64,000 bases of DNA from an uncultured Candidatus Saccharibacteria bacterium (lineage in GTDB: Bacteria > Patescibacteriota > Minisyncoccia > Minisyncoccales > CAZKCU01): the NCBI GenBank assembly GCA_964551595.1, contig CAZKCU010000001.1, positions 65,246-129,245 on the forward strand. The letters are read 5' to 3'. A model generated the notes under the pieces. It searched no databases. It saw only the letters and a program-made list of their open reading frames with translations, and was not told the DNA's origin. Positions 1 to 10,405 of this stretch are shown here, piece after piece. Both the position numbers and the translations under genes were made by a program. Within the stretch, counting starts at the first letter, position 1. Each line of letters begins with the position of its first letter.

Positions 1-41
1 CAAGGCATTTGGGATTGTTAGCATATACAACAAAATAACTT

Positions 42-85
42 AAACCCCGCACTTTTTCAGGATTGAAAAGGTGCGGGGTTTTGAT
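42..85. terminator. Bidirectional hairpin terminator downstream of recA
   Basis: CCCCGCAC (45-52) pairs with GTGCGGGG (71-78), extended by T/A pairs. Followed by TTTT (79-82), with an A-run on the other side. Confidence 0.6.
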
Positions 86-118
86 TTATTAGACCACCTA
101 TATCGCTTTTTTTAATTC

Positions 119-172
119 CGAGCAAAGAGAGGAATCAAGGTTCTACGAGCGAAGCGAGTGGGTTCTTATTCC
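119..172. repeat. About 55-nt interspersed element, copy 1 (overlaps the recA 3' end)
   Basis: CAAGGTTCTAC-GAGCGAAGCGAGTGGGTTCTTATT aligns with CAAGATTCTACCGAGCGAAGCGAAACGGGTTCTTATT at 60411-60465. Upstream TTNATTYCGAGC is also shared. Confidence 0.7.
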
Positions 173-1147
173 TTCGACTATTTTTTTAGTTATTTCCGGG
201 TTCTCCTTTAAAAAAGTTCTGCTCTCCTCTATGCCCTGGCCTAATTTTGTATTCTCAAATTGAAACCAAGAGCCGGCTTTTTTGACAATTTCATATTTTA
301 CTCCAGTATTTAAAATATCTGCAAATTTGGAAATTCCTTCATTGTAATAAATATCAAATTCGGTAGTTTTAAAAGGAGCGGCCACCTTATTTTTAACTAT
401 TTTTGCCTTAATCCTGCTGCCAATAATTTCATCCTTGTATTTTATCTGAGCCATTCTTCTTAAATTAATTCTTACTGAAGAGTAAAACTTTAAAGCCAAA
501 CCTCCGGGGGTCGTTTCAGGGTTTCCCCACGACACTCCTATTTTCATTCTGGTTTGATTTAAAAATATAACAGCGGTTTTTGTCTGAGCGACAATCCCGG
601 AAAGCTTTCTTAATGCTTGACTCATAAGACGGGCTTGAAGTCCTATCTGAAACTCACCCATCTCCCCAGCAATTTCTGCTTTAGGGGTTAAAGCAGCTAC
701 TGAATCAATAACAATGACATCTACCTCGCCTGACCTAACTAAAGTTTCGACTATCTGGAGAGCTTGTTCGCCTGAATCTGGCTGAGAAATTAAAAGGTCA
801 TCCACATTTACCCCGATCTTTCTGGCATAATCTGGATCTAAGGCATGTTCAACATCAATAAAAGCAGCCACCCCGCCTTTTTTTTGGGCCTCAGAACAAA
901 CATGCAAAGCTAAAGTACTTTTTCCGGTCGATTCAATCCCATAAATTTCAACCACTCTCCCTCTGGGGATTCCGCCTACTCCTAAAGCTAAATCTAAAGA
1001 AATTGCTCCGGTAGGAATAACATCAATATCAACCGGTCTTACCTCTTTTAGCTTCATAATCGCTCCTTCACCAAACCGCTGTTTGATTTCCTCCACCGCC
1101 TCTGCCAAATCCTTTTTCTCGGTATCTTGTTTTTTTTGTTTTGCCAT
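143..1147 (-). CDS. recA: Recombinase RecA
   Basis: 334 aa. RecA-like N-terminus (FGEGAIMKL), Walker [13 protein letters not shown], conserved core IDSVAAL. The last residues (RTHSLRS) are encoded by the repeat at 119-172. Confidence 0.97.
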   Translation of the reverse strand: MAKQKKQDTEKKDLAEAVEEIKQRFGEGAIMKLKEVRPVDIDVIPTGAISLDLALGVGGIPRGRVVEIYGIESTGKSTLALHVCSEAQKKGGVAAFIDVEHALDPDYARKIGVNVDDLLISQPDSGEQALQIVETLVRSGEVDVIVIDSVAALTPKAEIAGEMGEFQIGLQARLMSQALRKLSGIVAQTKTAVIFLNQTRMKIGVSWGNPETTPGGLALKFYSSVRINLRRMAQIKYKDEIIGSRIKAKIVKNKVAAPFKTTEFDIYYNEGISKFADILNTGVKYEIVKKAGSWFQFENTKLGQGIEESRTFLKENPEITKKIVEGIRTHSLRS

Positions 1148-1167
1148 AATTTTAGATTATCACAACT

Positions 1168-3360
1168 TTAAACTTTTTTCCAGTCATCTGACTCCTCCTC
1201 TTCTTCAGTTTTTATATAAACCTGGCGAGCTTTAGCCCCTTCTCCCGGTCCAACCACTCCCCTTTCTTGGAGCATATCAATAAGTCTTGCCGCCCTGGCA
1301 TAGCCAATCCGGAGATATCTTTGAAGTAAAGAAGCTGAGGCTTTTCTTGAGCGAATCACTAATTTTTTGGCCTCTTCATAAAGAGGATCTTCTCCCTTAA
1401 AAAAGGTTTCAGCTCTTTCTCCCGTTTCATCCATTTCTCTTTTTTCTAATTCTTCTTTCAAATTTTCTTCAAGTCCATTTTTAAAAATAGGGGGCATGCC
1501 TTTTTTCTTGAAAAATTCCATTACCCTTTTTAGTTCTTTTTCTGAAACATAAGCTCCCTGCATTCTTCTTGGTTTAGCCGATTCAGCTGAAAGATACAAA
1601 AGGTCTCCTAATCCCAAAAGTTTTTCTGCCCCGGCCATATCTATAATTGTCCTTGAATCAATTTGAGAAGCGACCTGAAAGGCAATCCTTGAGGTTATGT
1701 TAGCTTTAATTAAGCCGGTAATTACTTCAACCGAGGGCCGCTGAGTAGCAACTACCAGATGGATGCCAACCGCTCTAGCCATCTGGGCCAATCTAACAAT
1801 TCCAACTTCAACTTCTTTACCTCTGGCAGCCATCAAATCAGCTAACTCGTCAATAATTAAAATAATATAAGGCATTAAATGGTCGCCCTTTTTTAAAACT
1901 GCTTCATTATAGAGAGTGATATCTCGAGTTTTTGTCTCGGCCAAAATTTCAAACCTTCTTTCCATCTCTAAGGTCAACCATTTTAATACATTTATAGTTT
2001 TTTGGGCATCATAAATTACCGGGGTTAAAAGGTGGGGGAAATCTTGATAAACTGGAAATTCCACTCTTTTGGGGTCAATTAAAATAAATCTTAAAATCTC
2101 CGGTCCATTTCGATAAACAAGACTCAAAATTAAAGAGTTTAAATAAATTGTCTTTCCAGTACCCGTAGCCCCGGCAACTAAAAGATGAGGCATTCTTCCT
2201 AAATCTGTAAAAACAGCCTTCCCGGTTACATCTTTCCCTAAACTAATGACTAAATTCGAAGGATGATTTTGAAATTCAGGAAGAGAGAAAAGATTTCTCA
2301 GTCTTACCCTCGTTCGGATTTTGTTTGGAATCTCAATTCCTACCAAAGGTTTACCAGGAATAGGAGCTTCAATTCTAATAGGATGAGCGGCCAGGGCTAA
2401 GGAAAGATTATTACTTAAAGCGGTAATTTTTGATAATTTTACTCCTTCAGCTGGCTTTAAGGTATATTGAGTAACAGTGGGACCAATGTTTACTTCGGAC
2501 ATCTCTACTGGAATATTAAAATTTTGTAAAGTTTTTTTAATAATTGCAGAATTTACTTTGATATCACCACTGGAAGGTTCCCCGCTATCTGACTCAAGTA
2601 AATCCAGAGGCGGGAACTGATAACCCCCCAGACTACTAATAGCAGAAGGTTCCAAAGCTTTAGTTTTTAACTCCGGAAAGACAGGCTGATGTCCAGTTTT
2701 TTCCGTCTCTTTGGGAGCTACGGGCGGGATTTCTTTCACCTTAAATTTTGGCCTAAAAATTCTTTTAATAAAAGAAGGTCTAGAAGGTTCTTTTTCCAGA
2801 ACTTCTTCTTCGGTCTTTGAAGGCATAGCTTGTTTTAAAAATTGCCAGAAAATTAAACCCCCAATAATAATTAGAACTCCAGATATAATTTGAGTTACCC
2901 AAAAACCAAATAATTTAATCAAGGATAAGTTAAAAATATAACCTATCCACCCCCCTTCCCCCTGTCCTATTCCAGGCTTGGCTGGGACGAGTTTTTGGTC
3001 CGAATTTAGGCTCCCCAAAATTCCAGAAATTCCCAAAACCAAAAGTAAAATTGCTGAAATTATCGGCAATAAAAATTTTTTGTACTTTGTAGTTAAAAAT
3101 ACTCCGCCGGCTATTAGAAAAATTAAAGGAATTATAAAAACTGTCTTTCCTATTAAAAAAGTAAGCCCTTTTATTAGAGCTTTCCCGGCTATCCCAGCTT
3201 TATCCGCAAAAGAAAATATCAGAATTATTGCTCCTAATAAAAGCAAAATTCCCAAAATCAATCTTTTGGTTTTCCCGGACAAAGCGGAAAGGTAGCCTGG
3301 GTTCTTTATTCTTTTAAAGGTTTTTCTCCTCAATTTTTGATTTTTCTTTTTAGCCATCAT
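1168..3360 (-). CDS. ftsK: DNA translocase FtsK/SpoIIIE
   Basis: 730 aa. N-terminal TM helices, Walker A GATGTGKT, C-terminal gamma winged helix (SASLLQRYLRIGYARAARLIDMLQERGVVG). Confidence 0.95.
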   Translation of the reverse strand: MMAKKKNQKLRRKTFKRIKNPGYLSALSGKTKRLILGILLLLGAIILIFSFADKAGIAGKALIKGLTFLIGKTVFIIPLIFLIAGGVFLTTKYKKFLLPIISAILLLVLGISGILGSLNSDQKLVPAKPGIGQGEGGWIGYIFNLSLIKLFGFWVTQIISGVLIIIGGLIFWQFLKQAMPSKTEEEVLEKEPSRPSFIKRIFRPKFKVKEIPPVAPKETEKTGHQPVFPELKTKALEPSAISSLGGYQFPPLDLLESDSGEPSSGDIKVNSAIIKKTLQNFNIPVEMSEVNIGPTVTQYTLKPAEGVKLSKITALSNNLSLALAAHPIRIEAPIPGKPLVGIEIPNKIRTRVRLRNLFSLPEFQNHPSNLVISLGKDVTGKAVFTDLGRMPHLLVAGATGTGKTIYLNSLILSLVYRNGPEILRFILIDPKRVEFPVYQDFPHLLTPVIYDAQKTINVLKWLTLEMERRFEILAETKTRDITLYNEAVLKKGDHLMPYIILIIDELADLMAARGKEVEVGIVRLAQMARAVGIHLVVATQRPSVEVITGLIKANITSRIAFQVASQIDSRTIIDMAGAEKLLGLGDLLYLSAESAKPRRMQGAYVSEKELKRVMEFFKKKGMPPIFKNGLEENLKEELEKREMDETGERAETFFKGEDPLYEEAKKLVIRSRKASASLLQRYLRIGYARAARLIDMLQERGVVGPGEGAKARQVYIKTEEEEESDDWKKV

Positions 3361-3380
3361 TCAGAACTCTTTTCATAATA

Positions 3381-3399
3381 TTAGACATCGGATGTCTAA
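3381..3399. promoter_or_regulatory. Perfect 9-1-9 palindrome TTAGACATC-G-GATGTCTAA in the ftsK 5' region (candidate operator)
   Basis: Lies 21-39 nt upstream of the ftsK ATG. Flanked on the minus strand by TATAAT (3420-3415) upstream and TATTAT (3380-3375) downstream. An identical 19-mer occurs at 12798-12816. Confidence 0.5.
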
Positions 3400-3428
3400 C
3401 TATTATGTCTTTCTATTATAACATCTAA

Positions 3429-6400
3429 TTATTTTCTCTTAAAACCCGTTCCAGCTGGTATAAGTTTACCAATAATAACATTTTCTTTTAACCCACGGAG
3501 TTTATCTTCTTTTCCTTCGATTGCAGCTCTAATCAAAACTCTTGAAGTTTCCTGAAAAGAGGCAGCCGATAAAAAGGAATCGGTAGTTAAAGCTACCCTC
3601 GAAATTCCAAGCAAAATGGGGACCGAGGTCGCCGGTTTTTTCCCTTCTTTTTTCAAAGCAGAATTTATTTCTAAAAATTTCGCCCTCTCAATAATCTCAC
3701 CAGGAGTAAAAAAACTTTGACCAGCATCTTTAATTTTTACTCTCGAGAACATCTGCCGAACTATTACCTCGATATGTTTATCATGAATAATTGCTCCCTG
3801 AGAAACATAAATTTTTTGAATCTCATTAATAATATAATGTCGGGTCTCTTTAGCCCCGCCTATTTTAAATAACTCTTTTAAATCTAAACTTCCTTCACAA
3901 AGTTGCTGACCGGCTTTGATATCCTGACCAGGCTTCACCCAGATAGCCATTTTCGGCGGTATTTGATATTCAACAATTTCAGTTTTTTTAGTAGCTTTCC
4001 CCGGATCATTACCTTTGATTTTTATAACTCTCTCTGGGGTTATCTTTAATACTTTTCCTTCAACCTGGGAAATTTGGGCCCTTCCTCCAGGCTCCCTGGC
4101 TTCAAAAATCTCCTGAACTCTGGGAAGACCAAAAGTTATATCTCCTCCACCTGCCACTCCTCCGGTATGAAAAGTTCTCATGGTCAACTGGGTACCCGGT
4201 TCTCCAATAGCCTGGGCAGCCACAATTCCCACAGCTTCCCCTAATTTAACCAATTGATTTACTCCAAGGTCCCAACCATAACATTTTTGACAAATCCCCC
4301 TGACGCATTTACAGCTTATTGGAGAACGTACTCGAACTTTCTCAACCCCGGTTGCTACTATTTGTTCAGCCTTCTTCCAGTCAATAATCTCTCCTTTTTT
4401 AACAATGATCTTAAAGGTTGCCCTTTTCCCTGCAGGAATCTCCACCTTAAGTCTTACATTTTCTAATGATATTCTTCCCAAAATCTTAAAAAGAAAATTT
4501 TGGCCAATATCTTCGGCATCTTGTCTAAATATTTCAATTCCTGATTGATCCCGGCAATCTTCTTCTCTAATCACCAGCTCATGAGAAACATCGACAAGGC
4601 GCCTGGTTAGGTAACCTGCAGTGGAAGTTCTTAAAGCAGTATCTGCTGTCCCCTTTCTTGCCCCATGGGTAGAAATAAAGTATTCCAAGACATCAAATCC
4701 TTCTTTAAAAGAACTTTTCACCGGAAGCTCAATAATTTGTCCGGCTGGGTTAGTAACCAAACCTTTCATTCCTGTCATCTGAACTGGCTGCCCCCAAGAG
4801 CCTCGGGCTCCGGAATCTACAATTTGGAAAACCGAACCTGTTTCTGGCAAAGTTTGAGGTACCAATTTCTCAATTTCCGATTTTGCCTTCATCCAAACCT
4901 CAATAACTTTATTGGTTTCTTCTTCTTTAGAAAAAAGACCGGTTTTGTAATAGTTATTAATCTTATCTACCTCTTTTTCAGCTCCTTCAATAATTTTTTT
5001 CTTTGAGGGAGGAATAATTAAATCGTCCATCCCCCAGGATATTCCAGAAATAGTAGCTGCCTCAAACCCTAAATCTTTAATTTTATCCAGAGTTTTCCAA
5101 GACGTCTCCTGCCCATATTTTTCAATAATTTCCCTTAAGAGTGTCTCTAATTTTTTAGAATTCATAACTTTATTTTGAAAAGGAAAATTTTCAGGTAAGG
5201 TCTCGTTGAATAAAATTCTTCCCACAGACGTTTCTATAAACTTTGAACCATCCACTATGTTCGGCATTCTGACTTTTATCTTGGCTTTTATATTGATTTG
5301 GCCAAACTCATAGGCGAGTTCCGCCTCCTCTGGAGAACCAAAAATTTTCTCTTCTCCTTTTAATCCCTCAACAATTTTTGTTAGCCAATAGCAGCCTAAA
5401 ACAATATCCTGGGTAGGAGTGACAATTGGAACACCAGTAGCTGGTTTCAATAGATTGTGGGTAGATAACATTATTTGTTTCGCTTCCTGCTGAGTCTCAT
5501 CTGACAAAGGAAGATGAACTGCCATTTGATCCCCGTCAAAATCGGCATTAAAAGCCTCGCAAACCATTGGATGAACTCTAATTGATTCTCCCTCAATTAA
5601 AACTGGCCTGAAGGCCTGAATTCCCAATCTGTGCAAAGTCGGAGCCCGATTTAATAATACAAATTTATCTTTGACTACCTCTTCTAAAGCCGCCCAGACT
5701 TCATCTGTTTCTGTCTCAATCAATCTTGTAGCTCCCCTAACATTATAGGCAAGTTCTTTATCCAAAATTTTCTTAATAATAAAGGGTTTGAAGAGCTCCA
5801 GAGCCATCTTTTTGGGAAGTCCGCACTGATCGAGTTTCAACTTAGGACCAATGACAATTACCGACCTTCCAGAATAATCAACTCTCTTCCCTAAAAGATT
5901 CTGTCTAAACCTGCCCTGCTTTCCCTTGAGCATATCAGTCAAAGATTTCAAAAGTCTTCTGCCGCCGGTAGTAGCCTGGGTTATTGTTCCTTTTCTCATT
6001 CCATTATCAATTAAAGCATCTACTGCTTCCTGGAGCATTCTTTTTTCATTTCTGACAATTACTTCCGGGGCATCAATTTCCAGAAGATAGCGAAGCCGAT
6101 TATTTCGATTAATTACCCTCCTGTAAAGGTCATTTAAGTCAGAGGAGGCATATCTTCCGCCATCAAGTTGAACCATTGGTCTTAAATCCGGGGGCAATAC
6201 CGGTAAAACAGTCAGAAACATCCATTCTGGCCGGAGGCCGGTTCTTTCCATTCCTTGAAAAATTTTTAATCTTCTTAAAACTTTTCTTTTAGTTGAAGAA
6301 GTGGTTTTCTTTAATTCGTCTTTCAATAAATTTATCTCTTTTTTAAGGTTAACTTTCTCAAAAATTTTCCTCAGGGTTTCTGCCCCGGTACCGGCTTCAA

Positions 6401-7064
6401 AACACTCTCCATATTTAAAGGAAAATTCATGAAATTCAATTTCAGATAAGATTTTCAGAGGCTTGAAAGAAAGCACTTCTTCTCTTGCTCTATCTCTTGC
6501 CGCCTTTAATTCAGTCATAAAAGCCTTAGTAGTCCCAGAACCTTTTACAGCTTTAGGGTTCTTCTGGCTCTTCTGGCTTTTAAGGCTCTTAACTTTCATC
6601 TTGTATTCTGTCTCAATTTTTTTCAGAACTTTTTTCTTAGCTTCTTCTGAAACACTGGTTATAATGTAGGCGGCGAAATAAATTACCCCTTCTAATTGAT
6701 GAGCTGGAATATCCAAAATCATTCCCATTCGGGAGGGCACCCCTCTTAAAAACCAGATATGAGAACAAGGAGTTGCCAATTTAATATGGCCCATCCATTC
6801 TCGTCTGACTGAAGATTTTGTTACTTCCACTCCGCATCGGTCGCAAACTATTCCTTTATAACGAATTTTTCGGTATTTTCCGCAATAACATTCGTAATCT
6901 TTTTCCGGCCCAAAAATTTTTTGACAAAAAAGGCCGTCCTTCTCTGACTTTTGAGTCCGGTAGTTAATGGTTTCAGGTTTGGTAACTTCACCGTGGGACC
7001 AGCCCAAAATCTCCTCTGGCGAGGCTAATTTTATTCTAATTGATTCTAAATCTGCTACACGCAT
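3429..7064 (-). CDS. rpoC: RNA polymerase beta' subunit
   Basis: 1211 aa. Zn-finger CxCGK...C..CGV, catalytic NADFDGDQM. Confidence 0.98.
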   Translation of the reverse strand: MRVADLESIRIKLASPEEILGWSHGEVTKPETINYRTQKSEKDGLFCQKIFGPEKDYECYCGKYRKIRYKGIVCDRCGVEVTKSSVRREWMGHIKLATPCSHIWFLRGVPSRMGMILDIPAHQLEGVIYFAAYIITSVSEEAKKKVLKKIETEYKMKVKSLKSQKSQKNPKAVKGSGTTKAFMTELKAARDRAREEVLSFKPLKILSEIEFHEFSFKYGECFEAGTGAETLRKIFEKVNLKKEINLLKDELKKTTSSTKRKVLRRLKIFQGMERTGLRPEWMFLTVLPVLPPDLRPMVQLDGGRYASSDLNDLYRRVINRNNRLRYLLEIDAPEVIVRNEKRMLQEAVDALIDNGMRKGTITQATTGGRRLLKSLTDMLKGKQGRFRQNLLGKRVDYSGRSVIVIGPKLKLDQCGLPKKMALELFKPFIIKKILDKELAYNVRGATRLIETETDEVWAALEEVVKDKFVLLNRAPTLHRLGIQAFRPVLIEGESIRVHPMVCEAFNADFDGDQMAVHLPLSDETQQEAKQIMLSTHNLLKPATGVPIVTPTQDIVLGCYWLTKIVEGLKGEEKIFGSPEEAELAYEFGQINIKAKIKVRMPNIVDGSKFIETSVGRILFNETLPENFPFQNKVMNSKKLETLLREIIEKYGQETSWKTLDKIKDLGFEAATISGISWGMDDLIIPPSKKKIIEGAEKEVDKINNYYKTGLFSKEEETNKVIEVWMKAKSEIEKLVPQTLPETGSVFQIVDSGARGSWGQPVQMTGMKGLVTNPAGQIIELPVKSSFKEGFDVLEYFISTHGARKGTADTALRTSTAGYLTRRLVDVSHELVIREEDCRDQSGIEIFRQDAEDIGQNFLFKILGRISLENVRLKVEIPAGKRATFKIIVKKGEIIDWKKAEQIVATGVEKVRVRSPISCKCVRGICQKCYGWDLGVNQLVKLGEAVGIVAAQAIGEPGTQLTMRTFHTGGVAGGGDITFGLPRVQEIFEAREPGGRAQISQVEGKVLKITPERVIKIKGNDPGKATKKTEIVEYQIPPKMAIWVKPGQDIKAGQQLCEGSLDLKELFKIGGAKETRHYIINEIQKIYVSQGAIIHDKHIEVIVRQMFSRVKIKDAGQSFFTPGEIIERAKFLEINSALKKEGKKPATSVPILLGISRVALTTDSFLSAASFQETSRVLIRAAIEGKEDKLRGLKENVIIGKLIPAGTGFKRK

Positions 7065-7078
7065 AAAATTAATAGATA

Positions 7079-10000
7079 TTATTTTGTTTTTTCTTTTTTC
7101 TTTTCTTTTACTTCTATGCTTAATCCCATTGCTTTCAATTCATTAACCAATAAATTAAAAGAGGCCGGAACGTTAGGATTTCTGATTGGTTCTCCTTTTA
7201 ATATTGCTTCGTAGGTAGCTGCTCTCCCCATAACATCGTCAGATTTTATAGTCAGCATTTCCTGAAGAGTATGAGCTGCGCCGTAACCTTCCAATGCCCA
7301 GGCTTCCATTTCGCCAAATCGCTGACCGCCAAATTGGGCTTTTCCTCCTAAGGGCTGTTGGGTAATCAAAGAATAAGGACCAATCGAGCGCATGTGGATT
7401 TTATCTTTAACCATATGGATTAATTTCATCATATAGACATAACCTATGGTAATTTTTTCAGGAAAAGGAAGTCCTGTTCTTCCGTCAAACAACCTAACCT
7501 TTCCATCTTCGGGAAGACCGGCCATCTTGAGTTCTTCTTTTATGTCTTTTTCATTAGCCCCTGCCAAAGCCGGGGAAATGGCAATATAACCCAATTTTTT
7601 AGCTGCAAAAGACAGATGAGTCTCTAAAATTTGGCCGATATTCATTCTTGAAACAACGCCCAAGGGATTTAAAATTATATCCACCGGAGTTCCATCTTCC
7701 ATAAATGGCATCTCTTCTGGCGGTAGAACCTTAGAGACTACCCCTTTGTTCCCATGACGGCCGGATAACTTATCACCTGATTGAATTTTCCGAATCTCGG
7801 CCACCTCTACCTCAATTCTTTTTATGACGCCTGGCTCCAACTTATAACCAAGGTCTCTGGAAAAAACCTTTATCCCTATGACTCTGCCCCTCTTTCCATG
7901 TTCCATACTTAATGAGGTGTCCTTTACTTCTCTGGCTTTTTCTCCAAAAATTGCCCTTAATAACCTTTCTTCAGCAGTTAAATCTGCCTCTCCTTTTGGT
8001 GAAATTTTCCCAACTAAAATAGCATTGGGGTCAACTTCTGCTCCAATCCTGACAATTCCCTCCTCGTCTAAATCTTTTAATTTCTCTTCTGAAACATTAG
8101 GAATATCAGAGGTAGTGATTTCTGGCCCCAATTTTGTCTCTCTAACATCGCAGCTAAAGCTCTCAATATGAATTGAGGTATAGGCATCATCTTTTACCAA
8201 TCTCTCTGAAATTAAAATCGCATCTTCAAAATTCCCTCCCCGCCAGGGAAGGAAGGCCACTAAAATATTTTCTCCTAAAGCCAGATATCCCTGAGACATT
8301 GCTCCTCCGTCAGCCAAAAGATCTCCTTTTTTAATCTTTTGACCCTTTTTCACTACCGGTTTTTGGTGAAAACAAGTATATTGGTTAGTTCTAATAAAAG
8401 TTCTCAAAGGATAACTTTTGAGTTTGGAGCTTTGACCTCTGACTTCAATATGGTTGGCGTCTACTTCCGCCACTACTCCGTCTTCTTTGGCAATCACTCC
8501 CTGGCCAGAGTCTCTGGCTATTCTTTCTTCCCCTCCAGCACAAACTAAAGGAGGTTCTGGTTTTATTAAGGGGACTGCCTGTCTTTGCATATTTGATCCC
8601 ATCAAGGCCCGGTTGGCATCATTGTTTTGTAGAAAAGGAATACAAGATGCCCCAATTGAAATAGATTGCTCAGAAGAAACGTCAATAAAATCAATTTTCT
8701 CTCTATCTGCCAGTCCTGGCTCACTTTTTATTCTTGCCTCAACTTTTTGAGGCAAGATATTACCTTTTTCATCTATTGGCACAGCTCCCGATGCAATATT
8801 ATATTTCTCCTCTTCATAGGCATTAAGATAATGAACTTCTGAGGTCACCTTTCCTGCTTTTACTTTAAAATAAGGAGTTTCAATAAAACCGTAGGGATTA
8901 ATCCTGGCGAAAGAAGCCAAATGACCAACCAATCCAATATTTGGTCCTTCTGGAGTTTGGATAGGGCAGATTCTTCCATAATGCGAGGGCTGAACATCCC
9001 TTACCTCAAATCCAGCTCTTTCCCGGGTCAGACCTCCTGGTCCGGTTGCCGACAACCTTCTTTTATGCTCTAACTCAGCCAGAGGATTTTCATTATCCAT
9101 AAATTGGGACATCTGGGAGGAGGTAAAAAATTCCTTGATGACAGCCATCACCGGACGGGGATTAATGAGTTGAACAGGGGTTAAGGTATAAATATCTAAA
9201 GTTGACATTCTATCTTTAATATTCCTTTCCATCCGCATTAACCCTACTCTTATCCTGTTTTGCAAGAGCTCATCTAAAGTTCTTACTCTTCTATTCCCTA
9301 AATGGTCAATCTGATCTGGCTTTCCATTTGGATCATTATTAAGACGGATTATCTCTCGAATAACCGCTACCACATCCTCTGGTTTCAGAACTCTGTCTTC
9401 CACCTTAATTTTCTCCTTGCCACGGAGTGCCGGTAATTTCTGTCTCATTCGCCACCTTCCCACTTTTGACAAATCATATCTTCCAAAGTTAAAAAACATG
9501 TTCTCAATTAGTTCCCGAGCTGTATCAGGGGTAGCCACATCGCCGGGCCTTAATCTTTGATAAACTTCAACTAAGGCCTCAGCTTGATTATGAGTTAAAT
9601 CTTTCTTTAAAGTTTCCTCAATGTATTTAACTTCACCCACATCAACATCTTTGAAAAGCTCTTTGATTTGCTGCTCTTTGTCTATGCCAAAAGCTCTTAA
9701 TAAGCTGGTAGCTGGAGCCTTTCTTTTTCTATCAATTTTTACTCCAATAAAACCAGAAGGGTCTGACTCAAATTCCAGCCAGGACCCTCGATTGGGAATA
9801 ATTTTCGCTCCAAAGTAATCTTTACCCTGCAGAGACTGGCTATTAAAAAAGACTCCGGGGGAACGAATAAGTTGGGAAATTACCACCCTTTCCACTCCGT
9901 TAACAACAAAAGTTCCCCTTTCGGTCATTAAGGGGAAATCAGTTAAAAAAACCTCTTGCTCTTTAATTTCTCCGGTCTTAAGATTGACTAATTTCACTAC

Positions 10001-10264
10001 CGCCCTCAAGGCAGCTTCATAGGAATCATTGTTCTGTTTTGCCTCAAAATCAGTTTTATATTTAGGCGTATCTAATTTATAATCTAAAAACCAGAGTTCT
10101 AACTCTTTTTTGGTATAGTCCCTGATCGGAGAAATTTCAGAAAAAAGCTCTTTTAAACCTTCTGTCCAAAACCTCTCCCAGCTTTCTTTTTGGAGAGTAA
10201 ACAAAAAAGGTAAATCTAAGGAAACTTTTGATTTTGAGAAGCTTTTTGTTTTTATTTTCTCCAT
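7079..10264 (-). CDS. rpoB: RNA polymerase beta subunit
   Basis: 1061 aa. Conserved GRHGNKGVVSKV, PFMEDGTPVDIILNPLGV. Immediately upstream of rpoC. Confidence 0.98.
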   Translation of the reverse strand: MEKIKTKSFSKSKVSLDLPFLFTLQKESWERFWTEGLKELFSEISPIRDYTKKELELWFLDYKLDTPKYKTDFEAKQNNDSYEAALRAVVKLVNLKTGEIKEQEVFLTDFPLMTERGTFVVNGVERVVISQLIRSPGVFFNSQSLQGKDYFGAKIIPNRGSWLEFESDPSGFIGVKIDRKRKAPATSLLRAFGIDKEQQIKELFKDVDVGEVKYIEETLKKDLTHNQAEALVEVYQRLRPGDVATPDTARELIENMFFNFGRYDLSKVGRWRMRQKLPALRGKEKIKVEDRVLKPEDVVAVIREIIRLNNDPNGKPDQIDHLGNRRVRTLDELLQNRIRVGLMRMERNIKDRMSTLDIYTLTPVQLINPRPVMAVIKEFFTSSQMSQFMDNENPLAELEHKRRLSATGPGGLTRERAGFEVRDVQPSHYGRICPIQTPEGPNIGLVGHLASFARINPYGFIETPYFKVKAGKVTSEVHYLNAYEEEKYNIASGAVPIDEKGNILPQKVEARIKSEPGLADREKIDFIDVSSEQSISIGASCIPFLQNNDANRALMGSNMQRQAVPLIKPEPPLVCAGGEERIARDSGQGVIAKEDGVVAEVDANHIEVRGQSSKLKSYPLRTFIRTNQYTCFHQKPVVKKGQKIKKGDLLADGGAMSQGYLALGENILVAFLPWRGGNFEDAILISERLVKDDAYTSIHIESFSCDVRETKLGPEITTSDIPNVSEEKLKDLDEEGIVRIGAEVDPNAILVGKISPKGEADLTAEERLLRAIFGEKAREVKDTSLSMEHGKRGRVIGIKVFSRDLGYKLEPGVIKRIEVEVAEIRKIQSGDKLSGRHGNKGVVSKVLPPEEMPFMEDGTPVDIILNPLGVVSRMNIGQILETHLSFAAKKLGYIAISPALAGANEKDIKEELKMAGLPEDGKVRLFDGRTGLPFPEKITIGYVYMMKLIHMVKDKIHMRSIGPYSLITQQPLGGKAQFGGQRFGEMEAWALEGYGAAHTLQEMLTIKSDDVMGRAATYEAILKGEPIRNPNVPASFNLLVNELKAMGLSIEVKEKKKEKTK

Positions 10265-10405
10265 AAAATTTAAAAATACCCTAAGCTCCTGTTTTTTAGG
10301 GTCATATCTTTTATTCAGTTTTTTTTAAGTAAGAGAAATCAAGTAATGAAATCAGTAATCAATTTAATTTTACTCCTTTTGTTTTAAAAGTCAATACTGC
10401 CCCTC

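Noticed and set aside
3429-10264. Antisense ORFs of 60-113 aa inside rpoB and rpoC (for example 4665-5006 and 8454-8750), and similar ones inside ftsK, pilB, recG, valS, gyrA and ftsH
   Set aside because: They are shadow ORFs opposite highly conserved genes, with no independent signals and a composition typical of antisense frames.
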